A stretch of DNA of 64,000 nucleotides from Octopus sinensis (lineage: Eukaryota). The stretch spans positions 128,588,001 to 128,652,000 of the forward strand of contig NC_043001.1 in NCBI RefSeq assembly GCF_006345805.1. Direction: 5' to 3'. Both the position numbers and the translations under genes were made by a program. The notes beneath the pieces are model-generated. The model had not been told where the DNA came from. It saw only the letters and a list, made by a program, of their open reading frames with translations, and made no database searches. This document shows positions 48,403 to 60,810 of this stretch, one piece after another. The first letter of the stretch is position 1. The number at the start of each line of letters is the position of its first letter.

Positions 48403-49689
48403 AGAGTATATTTACTTTTAACTCCAGGTGTTCCTGAAAAGTTACCTACAGCAAGTTATAGTTCTGTTTTGAGGGAGAGAGGGAGGAATCATGTCTCTTA
48501 TTTGCATTATTATATCATTATATCATTACAGAGGTGAAGTTTAAAATTACTAATTTTACAAACCTTTCTGGATGGTAAAAGAATTAACTTAAACCCTTTA
48601 GCATTTAAACCAGCCATAACTAGCCAAAACATGCTACTTGTTTTTGTTCAAACTGCCCACATCTAGCCTTTCACATCTACCCTGAATTGTCATTTTGAAA
48701 CTAAACAATCAAACAATCATATCATCCAAATCTCAAAGGTAGGAAATAATACATGGATAGTTCAAAACAATGTGATTAAATGAGCATTACATTTGACAGT
48801 AATCAGAGTTGAAATGCTGTTTGATTTTTTTTCACCGTACAATTTCCATTATCCCACTACCAAATTTGCTGTCACCCCTTCCTTCCTTATTCATCTATCA
48901 CCCCTTCTTTTCTCATTCATATTTTGTGACAGAGAAAAACACAAGAGTATTGTTATAAAGGCAGTGAGCTGGCAGAATTGTTAGCACACTGGGCGAAATG
49001 CTTAGCAGTATTTTGTCCATATTCAGGTTTGAAGTTCAAATTCCACTGAAGTCAACTTTGCCTTTCATCCTTTCTGGGTCAATAAATCAAGTACCAGTTG
49101 CATACTGGGGTCGATCTAATTGACAATTCCCTTTCCCCAAATTGAATCTAGGCATCGATGAGAACAGTCTGAGTAGTCTCTTCCTGAGGACTTTCAGGTC
49201 AAAGATCATGGACAATTTCCAAAAGTCTTTGACTTGGCAGTGCTACAGAGGGGCATTGCCTGTTTGAGGCAAGCTCTTCAGGCGTGGAAGTGCCAACAGC
49301 CAAACCTGCTTGAGATGCTTGCAGGGGAATGAAACAGTTCTACATGCAATAATTAAGAGTCTATGCATTAGAGAGTTGTAGGATTGTGTGGAGCAGCTGT
49401 TGTCACAAGTAAGATAAATTTAGATGTCTACTGAGTGTATAGTGAAGATCAACACACTACCTTCCCTTAGCAGAGAAGGAAGGCAGATCTTTCTCTGCTT
49501 AGTGGCTGTGGTAAAAGAGTTTGTGTGATGGGCCCATCTGAAAGGTCAAGCCCTTTATCAAAAAGTGGTCAATAGTGGCAAGACTGGTGAGACTGAATGA
49601 GTCTACTCTGAATATACTTTTCTAAGCAGGAGGAAAGAAACTGGAAGAGAGGGCACTTTCCCTTGCTTTCGAGATGGCAGAGTAGTCCG

Positions 49690-50215
49690 GGATTTTTGTG
49701 TGGAGTTTACCCCTTGCACTCCTCACACAAAGACGTATGAGATGGCTTGGGCATGTTAGCCGTATGAAAGATGGCAGAATCCCCAAGGACATACTCTACG
49801 GAGAGCTTGCTAGGGGTACTAGGTCTGTGGGTAGACCGCTCTTACGTTACAAGGATGTTTGCAAAAGGGACATGAAGGCCTGCAACATCAATATTAGCGG
49901 TTGGGAGGCAGTTGCTGGCAACCATGGAGACTGGCGACGTACCGTAAGAGAGGGAATACAAAGGAGTGACAGAGAGAGAGAGAGGAGAAATGGAAAGACA
50001 GGAAAAGACGGCAACAAGAAACTATGGCATTACAACCAGCCAGAAACAGTCTTCGCTACATTTGTGATACCTGCCAGAGGGAGTGTTTGTCCAGGATAGG
50101 ACTACACAGCCACAGCAGGAAATGTATCAGGACATGAAATGTAAAAGCCAGACTAGACTACTTTATGCGCAACTCCATTGTCTCCCGAGACAAAAAGGAT
50201 GCCAACAACATTTAT
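49690..50215 (+). mobile_element. RTE-clade LINE 3' fragment
   Basis: QRRMRWLGHVSRMKDGRIPKDILYGEL..G.R..GRP.LRYKDVCKRD, frameshifted to CDTCQRECLSRIGLHSH. 3'UTR tgtctcccgagac...ggatgcc. Confidence 0.92.
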
Positions 50216-50798
50216 TATTTATTTGAAGTAAAGACTATTTGCTAACATAATGTGGCTCTCCTGGAAGGGATAACTGTTACTGTTGTTTAGCACCAGAAAA
50301 CATCGTTCCCATCTGGCTATCCGATACAATATCTCTGTCCTTATTTTTCTGAATAGGGAGTTGAAAACATAAAGACACAGATATTGTGTCATATAGCAAA
50401 CTGGAAACGATCTTTCCTGGGGCCCAGTTAGAATTTTCTTCTGGTCGAGTAAACCATCCCACTCAAAAGATCCCTGAATAAGGGTTGTTTAAGGATGTTG
50501 AATGAAACACCCATGTTTCCAAAGAATCCGTCTCAACACATGGCTATGATGCTCCCCCACTACTTCTGCTCGTGATCAGCAAACCCACTTTGTGTTGGCA
50601 AATAGTCTTTACTTTGAAGAACTGTTACTGAATATCTTCCTTTGAGAGATTTAGAAATAGTAATGTTTCTATTTATTATTTATTTCTCTGCTCTCTTTTA
50701 TATATTCCCTATTATATCCTTTAATGTGGTAGTATCTTTAATGTGTTTTTATAATATTTAAAAGTTAAAAAATTAAAATACATGAGTAGCAATCGTTC

Positions 50799-51175
50799 TC
50801 ACATCGACAATGCTCTTCTTAATATGTGTGACGTACCACTTAAAATAATCTCTTGCCCTTCTTGCAGGGATGATAAGCTAGGTATCATTCTCAAGTAATT
50901 TTCAGTTCCTTTGTTGATAATTCCTAGTGCTTCTAGAATCACTGGTATTGTAACTGCCTTGAGATGCCACATTTTTTTCAATTTCAATGAGCAAATCTTT
51001 ATATTTTCTGAGCTTGTCAAATTCTTTTGCCAATATATTATGATTATAAGAAATACGCATGTCAATCAATAAACAAACTTTGTTGTTTTGGTCTTTCACA
51101 GCAATATCCAATTTACTAACTTTGGCTCAGCCTGTATGTACTGGAAAGTCCCAAAGAATCATTACATTTTCTCCC

Positions 51176-51176
<1 letters not shown>
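50799..51176 (-). mobile_element. R4/Dong-like non-LTR element, restriction-like endonuclease fragment
   Basis: ILWDFPVHT....KLDIAVKD....CLLIDM......KEFDKL.KYKDL.IEI.KMW.LK...IPVI..ALG.......GTSHILRRALSM*. Confidence 0.85.
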
Positions 51177-51206
<30 letters not shown>

Positions 51207-51211
51207 TATCA

Positions 51212-51242
<31 letters not shown>

Positions 51243-51243
<1 letters not shown>

Positions 51244-52437
51244 GAGTGAGAGAGCAGTGCATGCCATCAAAGTGACACTGGGGTAAAATATATGAAGCCC
51301 AGTATACCCATCATGACTACCCGTCTGATAAGGGTACACTAGGCACATGCATCACAACCATATGTGCGCGATATAGTGATCTCATATCAAGATAAACAGG
51401 ACATGACCTTGCAGGTAGGGGCCCAGTTAGAATTTTCTTCTGGTCGAGTAACCCATCCCACTCAAAAGGTCCCTGAATAAGAGTTGTTTAAGGATGTTGA
51501 ATGAAACACCCATGTTTCCAGAGGTGATTTATTCAAACCCCAAAGAATCCCTCTCAACACATGGCTAAGATGCTCCCCCACTACTTCTGCTTGTGATCAG
51601 AGATGCACATATCATCAGCCACTAAGGGACATGCTCAACTGGTTAAGGTCAAACAACTGACAAGCAAATCTGTGGTATTGAGCAGAATATTTGCTCTAGC
51701 CCGTCTTTTATACCAAGACAAAACAATGTACATGATGACACTTCCAATCAGTGTTATCATGTACATTATTATTACTATTATTATTATTATTACTATCATT
51801 ATTACTATTATTATTATTATATTATTATTATTATTATTGAGTGAGAGAGCAGTGCATGCCATCAAAGTGACACTGGGGTAAAATATATGAAGCCCAGTAT
51901 ACCCATCATGACTACCCGTCTGATAAGGGTACACTAGGCACATGCATCACAACCATATGTGCGCGATATAGTGATCTCATATCAAGATAAACAGGACATG
52001 ACCTTGCAGGTAGGGGCCCAGTTAGAATTTTCTTCTGGTCGAGTAACCCATCCCACTCAAAAGGTCCCTGAATAAGAGTTGTTTAAGGATGTTGAATGAA
52101 ACACCCATGTTTCCAGAGGTGATTTATTCAAACCCCAAAGAATCCCTCTCAACACATGGCTAAGATGCTCCCCCACTACTTCTGCTTGTGATCAGAGATG
52201 CACATATCATCAGCCACTAAGGGACATGCTCAACTGGTTAAGGTCAAACAACTGACAAGCAAATCTGTGGTATTGAGCAGAATATTTGCTCTAGCCCGTC
52301 TTTTATACCAAGACAAAACAATGTACATGATGACACTTCCAATCAGTGTTATCATGTACATTATTATTACTATTATTATTATCATTATTATTATTATTAC
52401 TATCATTATTACTATTATTATTATTATTATTATTATG
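51243..52437 (-). repeat. Tandem dimer of a 595-bp retroelement-like unit with (AAT)n tails; partial related copy at about 50400-50585
   Basis: tgagtgagagagc at 51243 and 51838; the units are essentially identical and separated and flanked by (ATT)n. Confidence 0.92.
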
Positions 52438-52486
52438 ATCAGTATTATTAATTTATTAATTAATTTTTTTTTTGTTTTTTTTGTAG

Positions 52487-54857
52487 GAAATTATTGATTT
52501 CCAAATTGCTGAAGAAATGATTAACCCTGAAACTAATGTCGACACTGGTGAAGAGGTGGCATGGCATATGCCTGTCATTGAGAGCAAAAGTTATGCTGAC
52601 ACAACAAGTTTAGTTGCAGCCACAGATGAGGCTCACGAAGAACTGGACTGTGTCGAGGTTTTATTGCATCCCGATCATGTTGAAGATGTCATTAAAAAAT
52701 GGGTCGAATACTTACATCTCACCCAGAATGCTGTATTGCACAAGTTGATAGACTTAGAGAAGCATTCTGAAAAAGACACTGTTTCTACTTCATCCAGTGA
52801 CAATTTGTTGAATGAAACTTCTTTGCAACATATGCCAGACCCTCAAAAACATCCAACAGATAATGGTACCTGCAAGGCAAAGGTTTCTGCGAAAACCGAC
52901 GATAAGAATTGTGAGGTGTGTTCAACTAAAAATCATATCAATGAAGCACAACAGCCTGTGGAGAAAATGACGTCATCTTCTCAGAAGGTTGTATCAGAAA
53001 ATGAAGCTCATAACGTGATTGTTGATAGTGGTGTAGAACTGTTTAACCCTGAGGCACAGGTGCACTCTTCTTTGGAACAAGAAAGTATTGAAGACAAAAC
53101 TGAAGGTCAGACGTTAGATATGGACCGGTCAATCTACACGAGAGGGGTTACTTCTTCCTTCATTTCCACTAGTGATTCTAGTTTTGTTGACCCTGAAGAA
53201 ACTGCAGGAACTGTAGGTGTAGGTTTCAGTCAAAAAAATTCTCGTCACGAGCATGGCTTTGTGGGAGAGTCTATCAACAGCACAGGGGAGCCTGTTGAAA
53301 GTAGTAACTCCTGTGTCAATGAAGATCATGATGATGATTATCAGGAGAAGGAGAAAATAGAGGAAGAAGAGGAGGAAAAAAAAGATAGTGATAAAACAAG
53401 TACTTCTCTAATAGCGGATTCTGATAGGAGTAGTAATGATAAACTGAACAATATTGTAAAGGAAGTGACAAAGAAAGATGATGATGAAAAACTGAATGAT
53501 TCTAAAGAAATTGAGAGTTTATCTTCAAAAAATATGGGAAAGGAACACATTTCCCCTGTAAAAACATTAAATGAAAACTGTAAGAATTTCCACATTAATG
53601 AAGGGTTTGAAATGTCTGGGAGTCCAAATTTCTTCTCTCCTGGTTCTGTTAAAAAGTCTGATTTTGGTGAGCCAGATTTTGTTGAGAAGGTTTCTAATCC
53701 CACATTATCTGAATTCTCAACGTTGAAAGATGCTTTCGGTTCTGATCATAACATCATCAGCAGTGAGTCTGTCTTGGATCAGACCGATTCCAATATATGT
53801 GAGACAGACAGGAGCCAAGATACTGCAGAAATAGGATATAATTCTCTCTTTTCCAGTGGAGAATCAAAGGAAGATGATAGAATACAGTTTGCTGAAGATC
53901 AAGGAAGTGAAACAGGAAGCAAATCAGCAATGGATTCTTCCCACACGGGATCTGACAATGGCAGTCATGATAAGAAAGAGGAATGTCTGTTTGAACCCAA
54001 CACACATGCTTCAGTTTTTGAAACGGTTAATAATGTTGAAGACAACCATAGTGATATCATGAATAAAAACAATAATGTACTTGGAAAAATGGATGGAGAA
54101 TCCAAGGACAACCAAAATGAATTTGACAAAAATTCTTGTGAAAGCAAAGAAAATGATCCTCACCAGAAATGTAGTTGTAGTCCAAAAGAACAAGATGATG
54201 ATGAAGAAGAACAACAACATGATGAACTCTGTGATCCCAAACTATTTATGAAATGTTTTGTTTCTGACCCATTCGGTCTTTCTTTAGAACAACACAAACT
54301 TGCTTCCATGTTAGCTGTTGCATGTTTCCAGACTAAATGCACTGGAGATATCTGTTCCAAAGTCTTTCAAAGTTCTTGCTTTTTCCGGTGTGTTAACACC
54401 GCCACAAGTCCTTGTGCTTCTCAAAAGTTAGAGCTATCCGATGCCAATTCCTCCTCAAAATCTATTGATACTTCTTTGCTCAGTGAAAGCGAAACTCAGT
54501 CATTCAGTTCATCATCCAGTTATGTTAATAGCTACAGTAAACCAAAACATATCTTGTTCACATATCAAACATCACAGTTTGCTTCCGGAAGTTGCTCACC
54601 AAAAGACTGCCATGGCAGATTCTGTCATCTTTTCAGCAGATTTGTAGAGACACAGCTTCTGGAAGGTACCAGAAGCAAATTATCACCTCACCCCCCAGAC
54701 CATGTGCTTTCAGTGGAAGAACATTATGACTGGCAAATGTCATTATTTATTCGGTGCTATTTTCATTTACTGTCTCTAGATGTTGTCCGACGCCATGTTT
54801 ACAGTTACCATGGTTACTGCTTCAGGAGTTGGTTAGCTCTTGTTCATTGTCTTCAAG
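52487..54857 (+). CDS. HPS5: HPS5 giant exon, 2371 nt (EIIDFQIAEEMINPE...RSWLALVHCLQ)
   Basis: ttttgtag acceptor in frame with ORF 52517..54865, G/gtaatt donor. SLVAATDEAHEELDCVEVLLHPDHVEDVIKKWVEYL is comparable to human [36 protein letters not shown]. Confidence 0.92.
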
Positions 54858-55738
54858 GTAATTAGCATTTCTCACCTCCTTTACATCTTTGAATATTTGT
54901 TATTGTGTCCAATCATTACCATTTTATTTTCCACTTTCAAAGAAACCCTCCCTGCACTTGTTAGAATGAAAATAAACTAAAATATGCTTTGAAACCATCA
55001 TTTTCCTAAATAAAACACATATTGGTTCTGTTTCACTTATTATTGATGCTAGTTAGTTAGTTAACTAATTAATCAATTGCTTGACTAATTGTTCAATCAA
55101 TCAGTTGGTTTGTCAGACTCCTTTTGTTGCCATTTGTAGCTTCATCCACGATGTGTCCTCATGTTTAGCCCCTTGTGGGCAATAAAGAAATACATATTTT
55201 TATATGCATGTGTGTTATTTAACCCCAAGTAAATCCTAGTCAAGTTGTCCTTTGATCAAAACTTCACTCCAGCTGATATTATTTTTGTAAACTCATGTTA
55301 TCCAATATGCCCTTTATTATTATAATTACATAATAGGCTGTGATTTGAGGGACGTTTAGATACTACTTCTTGCAGGCTGGACAACCACTTAGATGCTTCT
55401 TCATAATGGTAGTTATTATTTATGAGGGCAATAGTATGGCTGTGTGGTTAGGAAGCTTGCTTCTCAACCACATAGTTTCAGGTTCAGTTCTACTCTGTGG
55501 CACCTTGGGCAAGTGTCTTCTTAGGTTGACCAAAGCTTTATTTTTCATCATTTATTTGTTTCAGTCATTTGTCTTGAAGGATTTTAGCCAAACATATCAA
55601 CCCCAAGACTTATTTTTTTAAGCCTAGTACTAATGCTATCATTCCCTTTTGCTGAACTGCTAAGTTATGGGGATGGAAACACACCAACATAGGTTGTCAA
55701 ACAGTGGTAGGGAATAAACATAGACACAAAGACACACA

Positions 55739-56968
55739 AAGGGGTTGGACAAAATAATGGAAACACCTTAAAATTTCAAACAATTTTATTTTAATGTGGG
55801 GTAGGACCGCCTTTGGCAGTAATTACAGCTTGAATTCTATGAGGCATGGACTTGTACAAAGTTTGAATTGTTTCCAAAGGAATTTTCGTCCATTCTTCAG
55901 CTAAAACAGTTTCCAGTTCTTGTAGTGATGATGGTGGGGGATATCGACTCCTTACTTGTTTTTCTAAAATGCACCATAAATGTTCAATAATATTGAGATC
56001 TGGGGACTCAACTTCACTGGAATGTTCCTTGTGTCATTCAGTAACGACTTTAGCTGAATGAATTGGTGCATTATCATCCTGAAAGATTGTGTTTCCCTCT
56101 GGAAACAGTTCCACAACCATAGGATGAATTTGATCAGATAAAATGCTTAAATAATCTTGACTATTAATTTTGCCATGAAGGAAATCCATTGGGCCGATGG
56201 ATTTCCAAGATATAGACCCCCATATCATCATAGATCCTCCTCAATGTTTAACAGTTGGAAGAAGGCAGTCTGGATCAAATGCCTCTTTTGGCTGTCTCTA
56301 CACGTATACTCAGCCAGTGGTCAGAAATAAGGTAAAGGATGACTCGTCCGAGAAAATAACATTCTTCCACTGCTCTAGGGACCAATTCTGTAGGTTTTTA
56401 CTCCACTCTAAATGCTTTGCAATGTTTGTTTTTGAAAGTAGTGGTTTTCTGATTGCAGCCTCCTGTGAAATCCAGCTTTGTGCAGCTCCTGGCAAACAGT
56501 TTTTATGGAAACTGGGCGCTTGAAGTGGTCATTAAGCTCTGCAGTAATTTTGGGAGCTGTACTTTTGTGATTCTTTCTAACAATTCGCATAAGAGTCCAA
56601 CAGTCCCTTCTGGAGTTTTGTTTCGACGAGGAGGCTTTTCCCTCTTTCTCAAAGGCTGCCATTACTTTTGAGACATTACTTCTTGATACACCAAACATTT
56701 TGGCTGTTTTCATTACGCTAGTGCCTGCAGTACGAGCACCAACAATCTGACCTCTTTGAAAGTCCGATAGATCTGTCATTTTAATGACTTTTAATTACCT
56801 TTTTCTGATGATATCTGAAAAGAAACAGCAACTTTAGCAAAACATATTAAGCTACACTAATAATAAATTAAAAAACATAGAAATAAACAAGCTTTTGATG
56901 GGTTTATAGATATTTCAGAATTATGATGCAATGATGCTAGGTGTTTCCATTATTTTGTCCAACTACTG
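55739..56968 (-). mobile_element. Tc1/mariner DNA transposon, 1230 bp, transposase pseudogene, inside a SINE B copy
   Basis: TIRs (ca)ggggttggacaaaataatggaaacacc / ggtgtttccattattttgtccaactactg+TA. Frameshifted MTDLSDFQRGQIVGAR..., IFSDES, FQDDNAP, SPDLNIIE. Confidence 0.95.
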
Positions 56969-57364
56969 TATAAATATGATGAGCTTCTTCCAGTTTCTAT
57001 TTACTAAATCAACTCACAAGGCTTTGATTGGCCCAAGGCTATAGTAGAAAACACTTGCCCAAGGTACCATGCAGTGGAACAGAACCTGGAATCATGTGGT
57101 TGGGAAGCAAGCTTCTTACCACACAGCCATGCCTGTGCTTTGCGATTGAATTTGGTCGGTGGAATCTTCTGTTGTGTGTATTCATGTGTGTGAAAGTGCT
57201 TGTGCCTCCTATAACAAATAGGAGAGAATAACCTGTTAAATAACATAAAAATAACATGGAAAAATTTAGAAAACAAAAAAATTTCTTCTAAAGTAATTAT
57301 CTATTTTTATATGAATTATCATTTATCTTTTAACATTTTTTTTTTGTTATTATCCTTGTTTCAG

Positions 57365-57491
57365 AGATTGGTAAAGATGATATAATTGGAAAGTGTCTAC
57401 AAAAGAAAAAATTGCAACAAGCTGTAGACTTGTTACATTCAGAAGATATACATTTTTCAGCAATGGTATGCATTGTTGGACATCTTTCAAG
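57365..57491 (+). CDS. HPS5: HPS5 exon, 127 nt (EIGKDDIIGKCLQKKKLQQAVDLLHSEDIHFSAMVCIVGHLS-R)
   Basis: ccttgtttcag acceptor, AG/gtaagg donor, phase 1 to 2, open frame. Confidence 0.85.
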
Positions 57492-57844
57492 GTAAGGTTT
57501 CTCTGAAGTATGAGCCCTTAATTTGTTTGATGCTGTTGAAAATCCTATAGCACACCTTCTGGTTGCGTTGGACTCCTATTGAAACTCAATCCACATTAGT
57601 TTTGTAAGTTCACCACTGTTCCCAGACTACCTTTGATGATGATAATGCCACCACCACCACCACCACCAATGTCTTCATCATGATCATCTTTTTTTTTCTT
57701 TATCTTTTACTTGTTTCAGTTGTAGGACTGCAGCCATCCTGGAGCACCACATGATTGGTTTAGTCAAACAGTTTGACCTCAGTACTTATTTTCCAAAGTC
57801 TCCTACTTGTTCTGTCAGTCTATTTTGCCAAACAGCTAAGTTAT

Positions 57845-58289
57845 CATCATCATTATTGTTCGACCGTGGTCGAGACAATGGAATTTACCATGCTACACCA
57901 GACTTCACGGTCCATCATAGCATTACGGAGGTCCTGTTGCTGGATGCCTGTATCCCTGGAGATTACATCAGGGTGGGAGAGTGTGCACCCTCTGATATTG
58001 CGAGTAGATGGCTTCCAGAGGAGAAGAGTAGAAATTACTTCTGTTTCAGCTCTACAACAATGTCCAGCAAACTGGACTCTCCTACCTTTCACAAGAGATG
58101 ATACAGGTGGTAGTTTCCCATATATTTGCATTTTGGTTGGATGGCGCTTCCACGAGAGGTTTTGAGCTCTCATAAGGAGGCGAGTGTAGGTTCCACCCAA
58201 CCGCCTCTCAAGCTTCTTTGATAACGTCCAGGTTTCTGAGCCATATAGTAGAATTGGTTCGACTGTGGCTTTGAAGATTTCAAGTTTGA
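57845..58289 (-). mobile_element. RTE-X-like LINE 3' fragment inside a SINE B copy
   Basis: ORF 57853..58200: GGTYTRLLMRAQNLSWKRHPT...RRVQFAGHCCRA.., with a (TGA) tail. 11-bp TSD agctaagttat at 57834-57844 and 58290-58300. Confidence 0.88.
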
Positions 58290-58642
58290 AGCTAAGTTAT
58301 GGGGATGTAAACAAATCAACACTAGTTGAGGGATGGGGACAAACACAAACACGAAGACACACACATAAATGCACGTGTGTGTGTTGAGAGAGAGAGAGAC
58401 CAAACAAACACTAATGAGGCAGGTGTTAAAAAGACTAGTTGCTATTGATAAGGAGCCCAGGACCACTTGAGCTATCAGTTAGAGCTTGTTTCTTTTTTAA
58501 CTTGGAGGATGTAAAACTTTGTTGTCTCTGATTAATTTCTCTGCTTTCAACTTTTTAGCTGAAGGACTGCATCTGAAATGTTGAACATTTCACTCATCGC
58601 ATGTTCTCTGTATGCTTTTATCAATTTTACTACATAATATGA

Positions 58643-59245
58643 TACCTATTTCTTTATTACCCACAAGGGGCTAAACACAGAGGGGACAAACAAGGACAGA
58701 CATAGGTATTAAGTCGATTACATCGACCCCAGGGCGTAACTGGTACTTAATTTATTGACCCCGAAAGGATGAAAGGTAAAGTCGACCTCGGCGGAATTTG
58801 AACTCAGAGCGTAGCGGCAGACAAAATACCTGTTTCTTTATTACCCACAAGGGGCTAAACACAGAGGGGACAAACAAGGACAGACATAGGTATTAAGTCG
58901 ATTACATCGACCCCAGGGCGTAACTGGTACTTAATTTATTGACCCCGAAAGGATGAAAGGTAAAGTCGACCTCGGTGGAATTTGAACTCAGAGCGTAGCG
59001 GCAGACGAAATACCTATTTCTTTATTACCCACAAGGGGCTAAACACAGAGGGGACAAACAAGGACAGACATAGGTATTAAGTCGATTACATCGACCCCAG
59101 GGCGTAACTGGTACTTAATTTATTGACCCCGAAAGGATGAAAGGTAAAGTCGACCTCGGTGGAATTTGAACTCAGAGCGTAGCGGCAGACGAAATACCGC
59201 TAATCATGTTGCCCGGCGTGCTAACGACTCTGCCAGCTCGCCGCA
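58643..59245 (-). mobile_element. SINE family C trimer (184-bp period) within one TSD pair
   Basis: Units start at 58643, 58827 and 59011. TSD ttactacataatatga (58627-42, 59246-61). Confidence 0.93.
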
Positions 59246-59611
59246 TTACTACATAATATGACACCAGCCTCACTAGGGTCTGTTTCATCATATATATATA
59301 TATATATATATATTAGTATCAATAACAAGGAGCATGGAGATTTGTACATCCACAAAGTTATTTTATTGTAATTTGTATGTTTAACGTAGTTTAATTTTTC
59401 GAATTTTAACCAATCCTATGCAGTGGGACAGAACCTGGAATCATGTGGTTGGGAAGCAAGCTTCTTACCACACAGCTACTCGTCACATTATTTTAAGCAT
59501 TTAACTTTTTGTGTACACATTAATTTCTTTCATACATTAGTTACAAAACATCCATGCCCACAGCTTGAAACTGGCATAGGCAACCTTATTTTGAGAAGCA
59601 GGCCATTTTTT

Positions 59612-59876
59612 ACTTGTTTACTTGTTTTACTCTTTTACTTGTTTCAGTCATTTGACTGTGGCCATGCTGGAGCACTGCCTTTAGTCAAGCAAATCGACCC
59701 CAGGACTTATTCTTTGTAAGCCTAGTACTTATTCTATCAGTTTCTTTTGCCGAACCGCCAAGTTATGGGGATGTAAACACACCAGCGTCGGTTGTCAAGC
59801 GATGTTGGGGGGACAAATACAGACATACAAACATACACACACACATATATACATATACATATATACGACGGGCTTC

Positions 59877-59907
<31 letters not shown>

Positions 59908-60239
59908 ATTTGGCTCAAAAGCAAATAGCAAGGCCATGTGGGGGGACATGGAGTTAAGTACAGGGTGGTGTTCATGTAAAGAGTTCAGGCCACTTGAGGT
60001 CAAGGGAGGCTTTGAACAAAGCGGTCGTCAGTATCTTCACCATCTCGTCTGGCAGCTTGTTCCACGGATCCGCAACCCGGAGCTTCTTTCAGTTTCCATC
60101 TACCAAATCCACTCACAAGGCTTTGGTTGGCCCGAGGCTATAGTAGAAGACGCTTGCCCTAGGTGCCATGCAGTGAGACTGAACCCGGAACCATGTGGTT
60201 GGTTAGCAAGCTACTTACCACACAGCCACTCCTGCGCCT
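59612..60239 (-). mobile_element. SINE family B hosting the CR1 insertion; other interrupted B copies at 37032-37910 (+), 55545-57135 (-) and 57697-58400 (-)
   Basis: B halves are contiguous once the insert is removed. Confidence 0.85.
59879..60081 (-). mobile_element. Second copy of the (TAAC)n-tail CR1 family, 5'-truncated, inside a SINE B copy
   Basis: Reverse complement gives RVADPWNKLPDEMVKILTTALFKASLDLKWPELFT*, the same 3'UTR and a (TAAC)n tail. 7-bp TSD gcttctt at 59872-59878 and 60082-60088. Confidence 0.9.
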
Positions 60240-60420
60240 ATACAGTTATATACAGAATATTAAAATAACCTAGATGTCTTTCCACTGCAGTGACTGCACT
60301 TTGTTACAGATAGTTATCATAGAGGTGGTAACAGTGATGATTGTGAAGAACTGCAATTCCTCCATCACTGTATATTCTCTTTGTATATTCATGCTGTTGA
60401 TTGCAACCCATTTATTTAAC

Positions 60421-60810
60421 ACTAGCAGTATCGCCCGACGTTGCTCGGGTTTGTAAGGGAAATAACTATATAAGCATTTTTAGAGAGTTATAGCAAAAAA
60501 ATGCATTAAAATGGAAAAAAAAATGAAGGTAAATTTTTTTGTAAATCGTTGACTCATCGTAGACATTTTTAGAGAGTTACTTCCCTTATATAATAGCGAA
60601 AAAATGCATTAAAATGGAAAAAAAATGATGGTAAATTTTTTTTTAAATCGTAGACTCATCGTAGACGTGCGCTAATACCCAGAAGGGCTCGATATGAATC
60701 ACGACTATAAGATACCCGGTTTTGGTTAAACTGCACCGCAAAATGTGGGAGTAGTTAGGAATCTAAATCGTAGGAGACAGATACACAACTTCACTTTTAT
60801 ATATAAAGAT
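60421..60810 (+). mobile_element. Helentron/HINE-like non-autonomous rolling-circle element
   Basis: Starts actagcagtatcg-cccga-cgttgc-tcggg (hairpin), has an internal ~107-bp tandem duplication, ends ttttatatataaagat. Confidence 0.6.
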
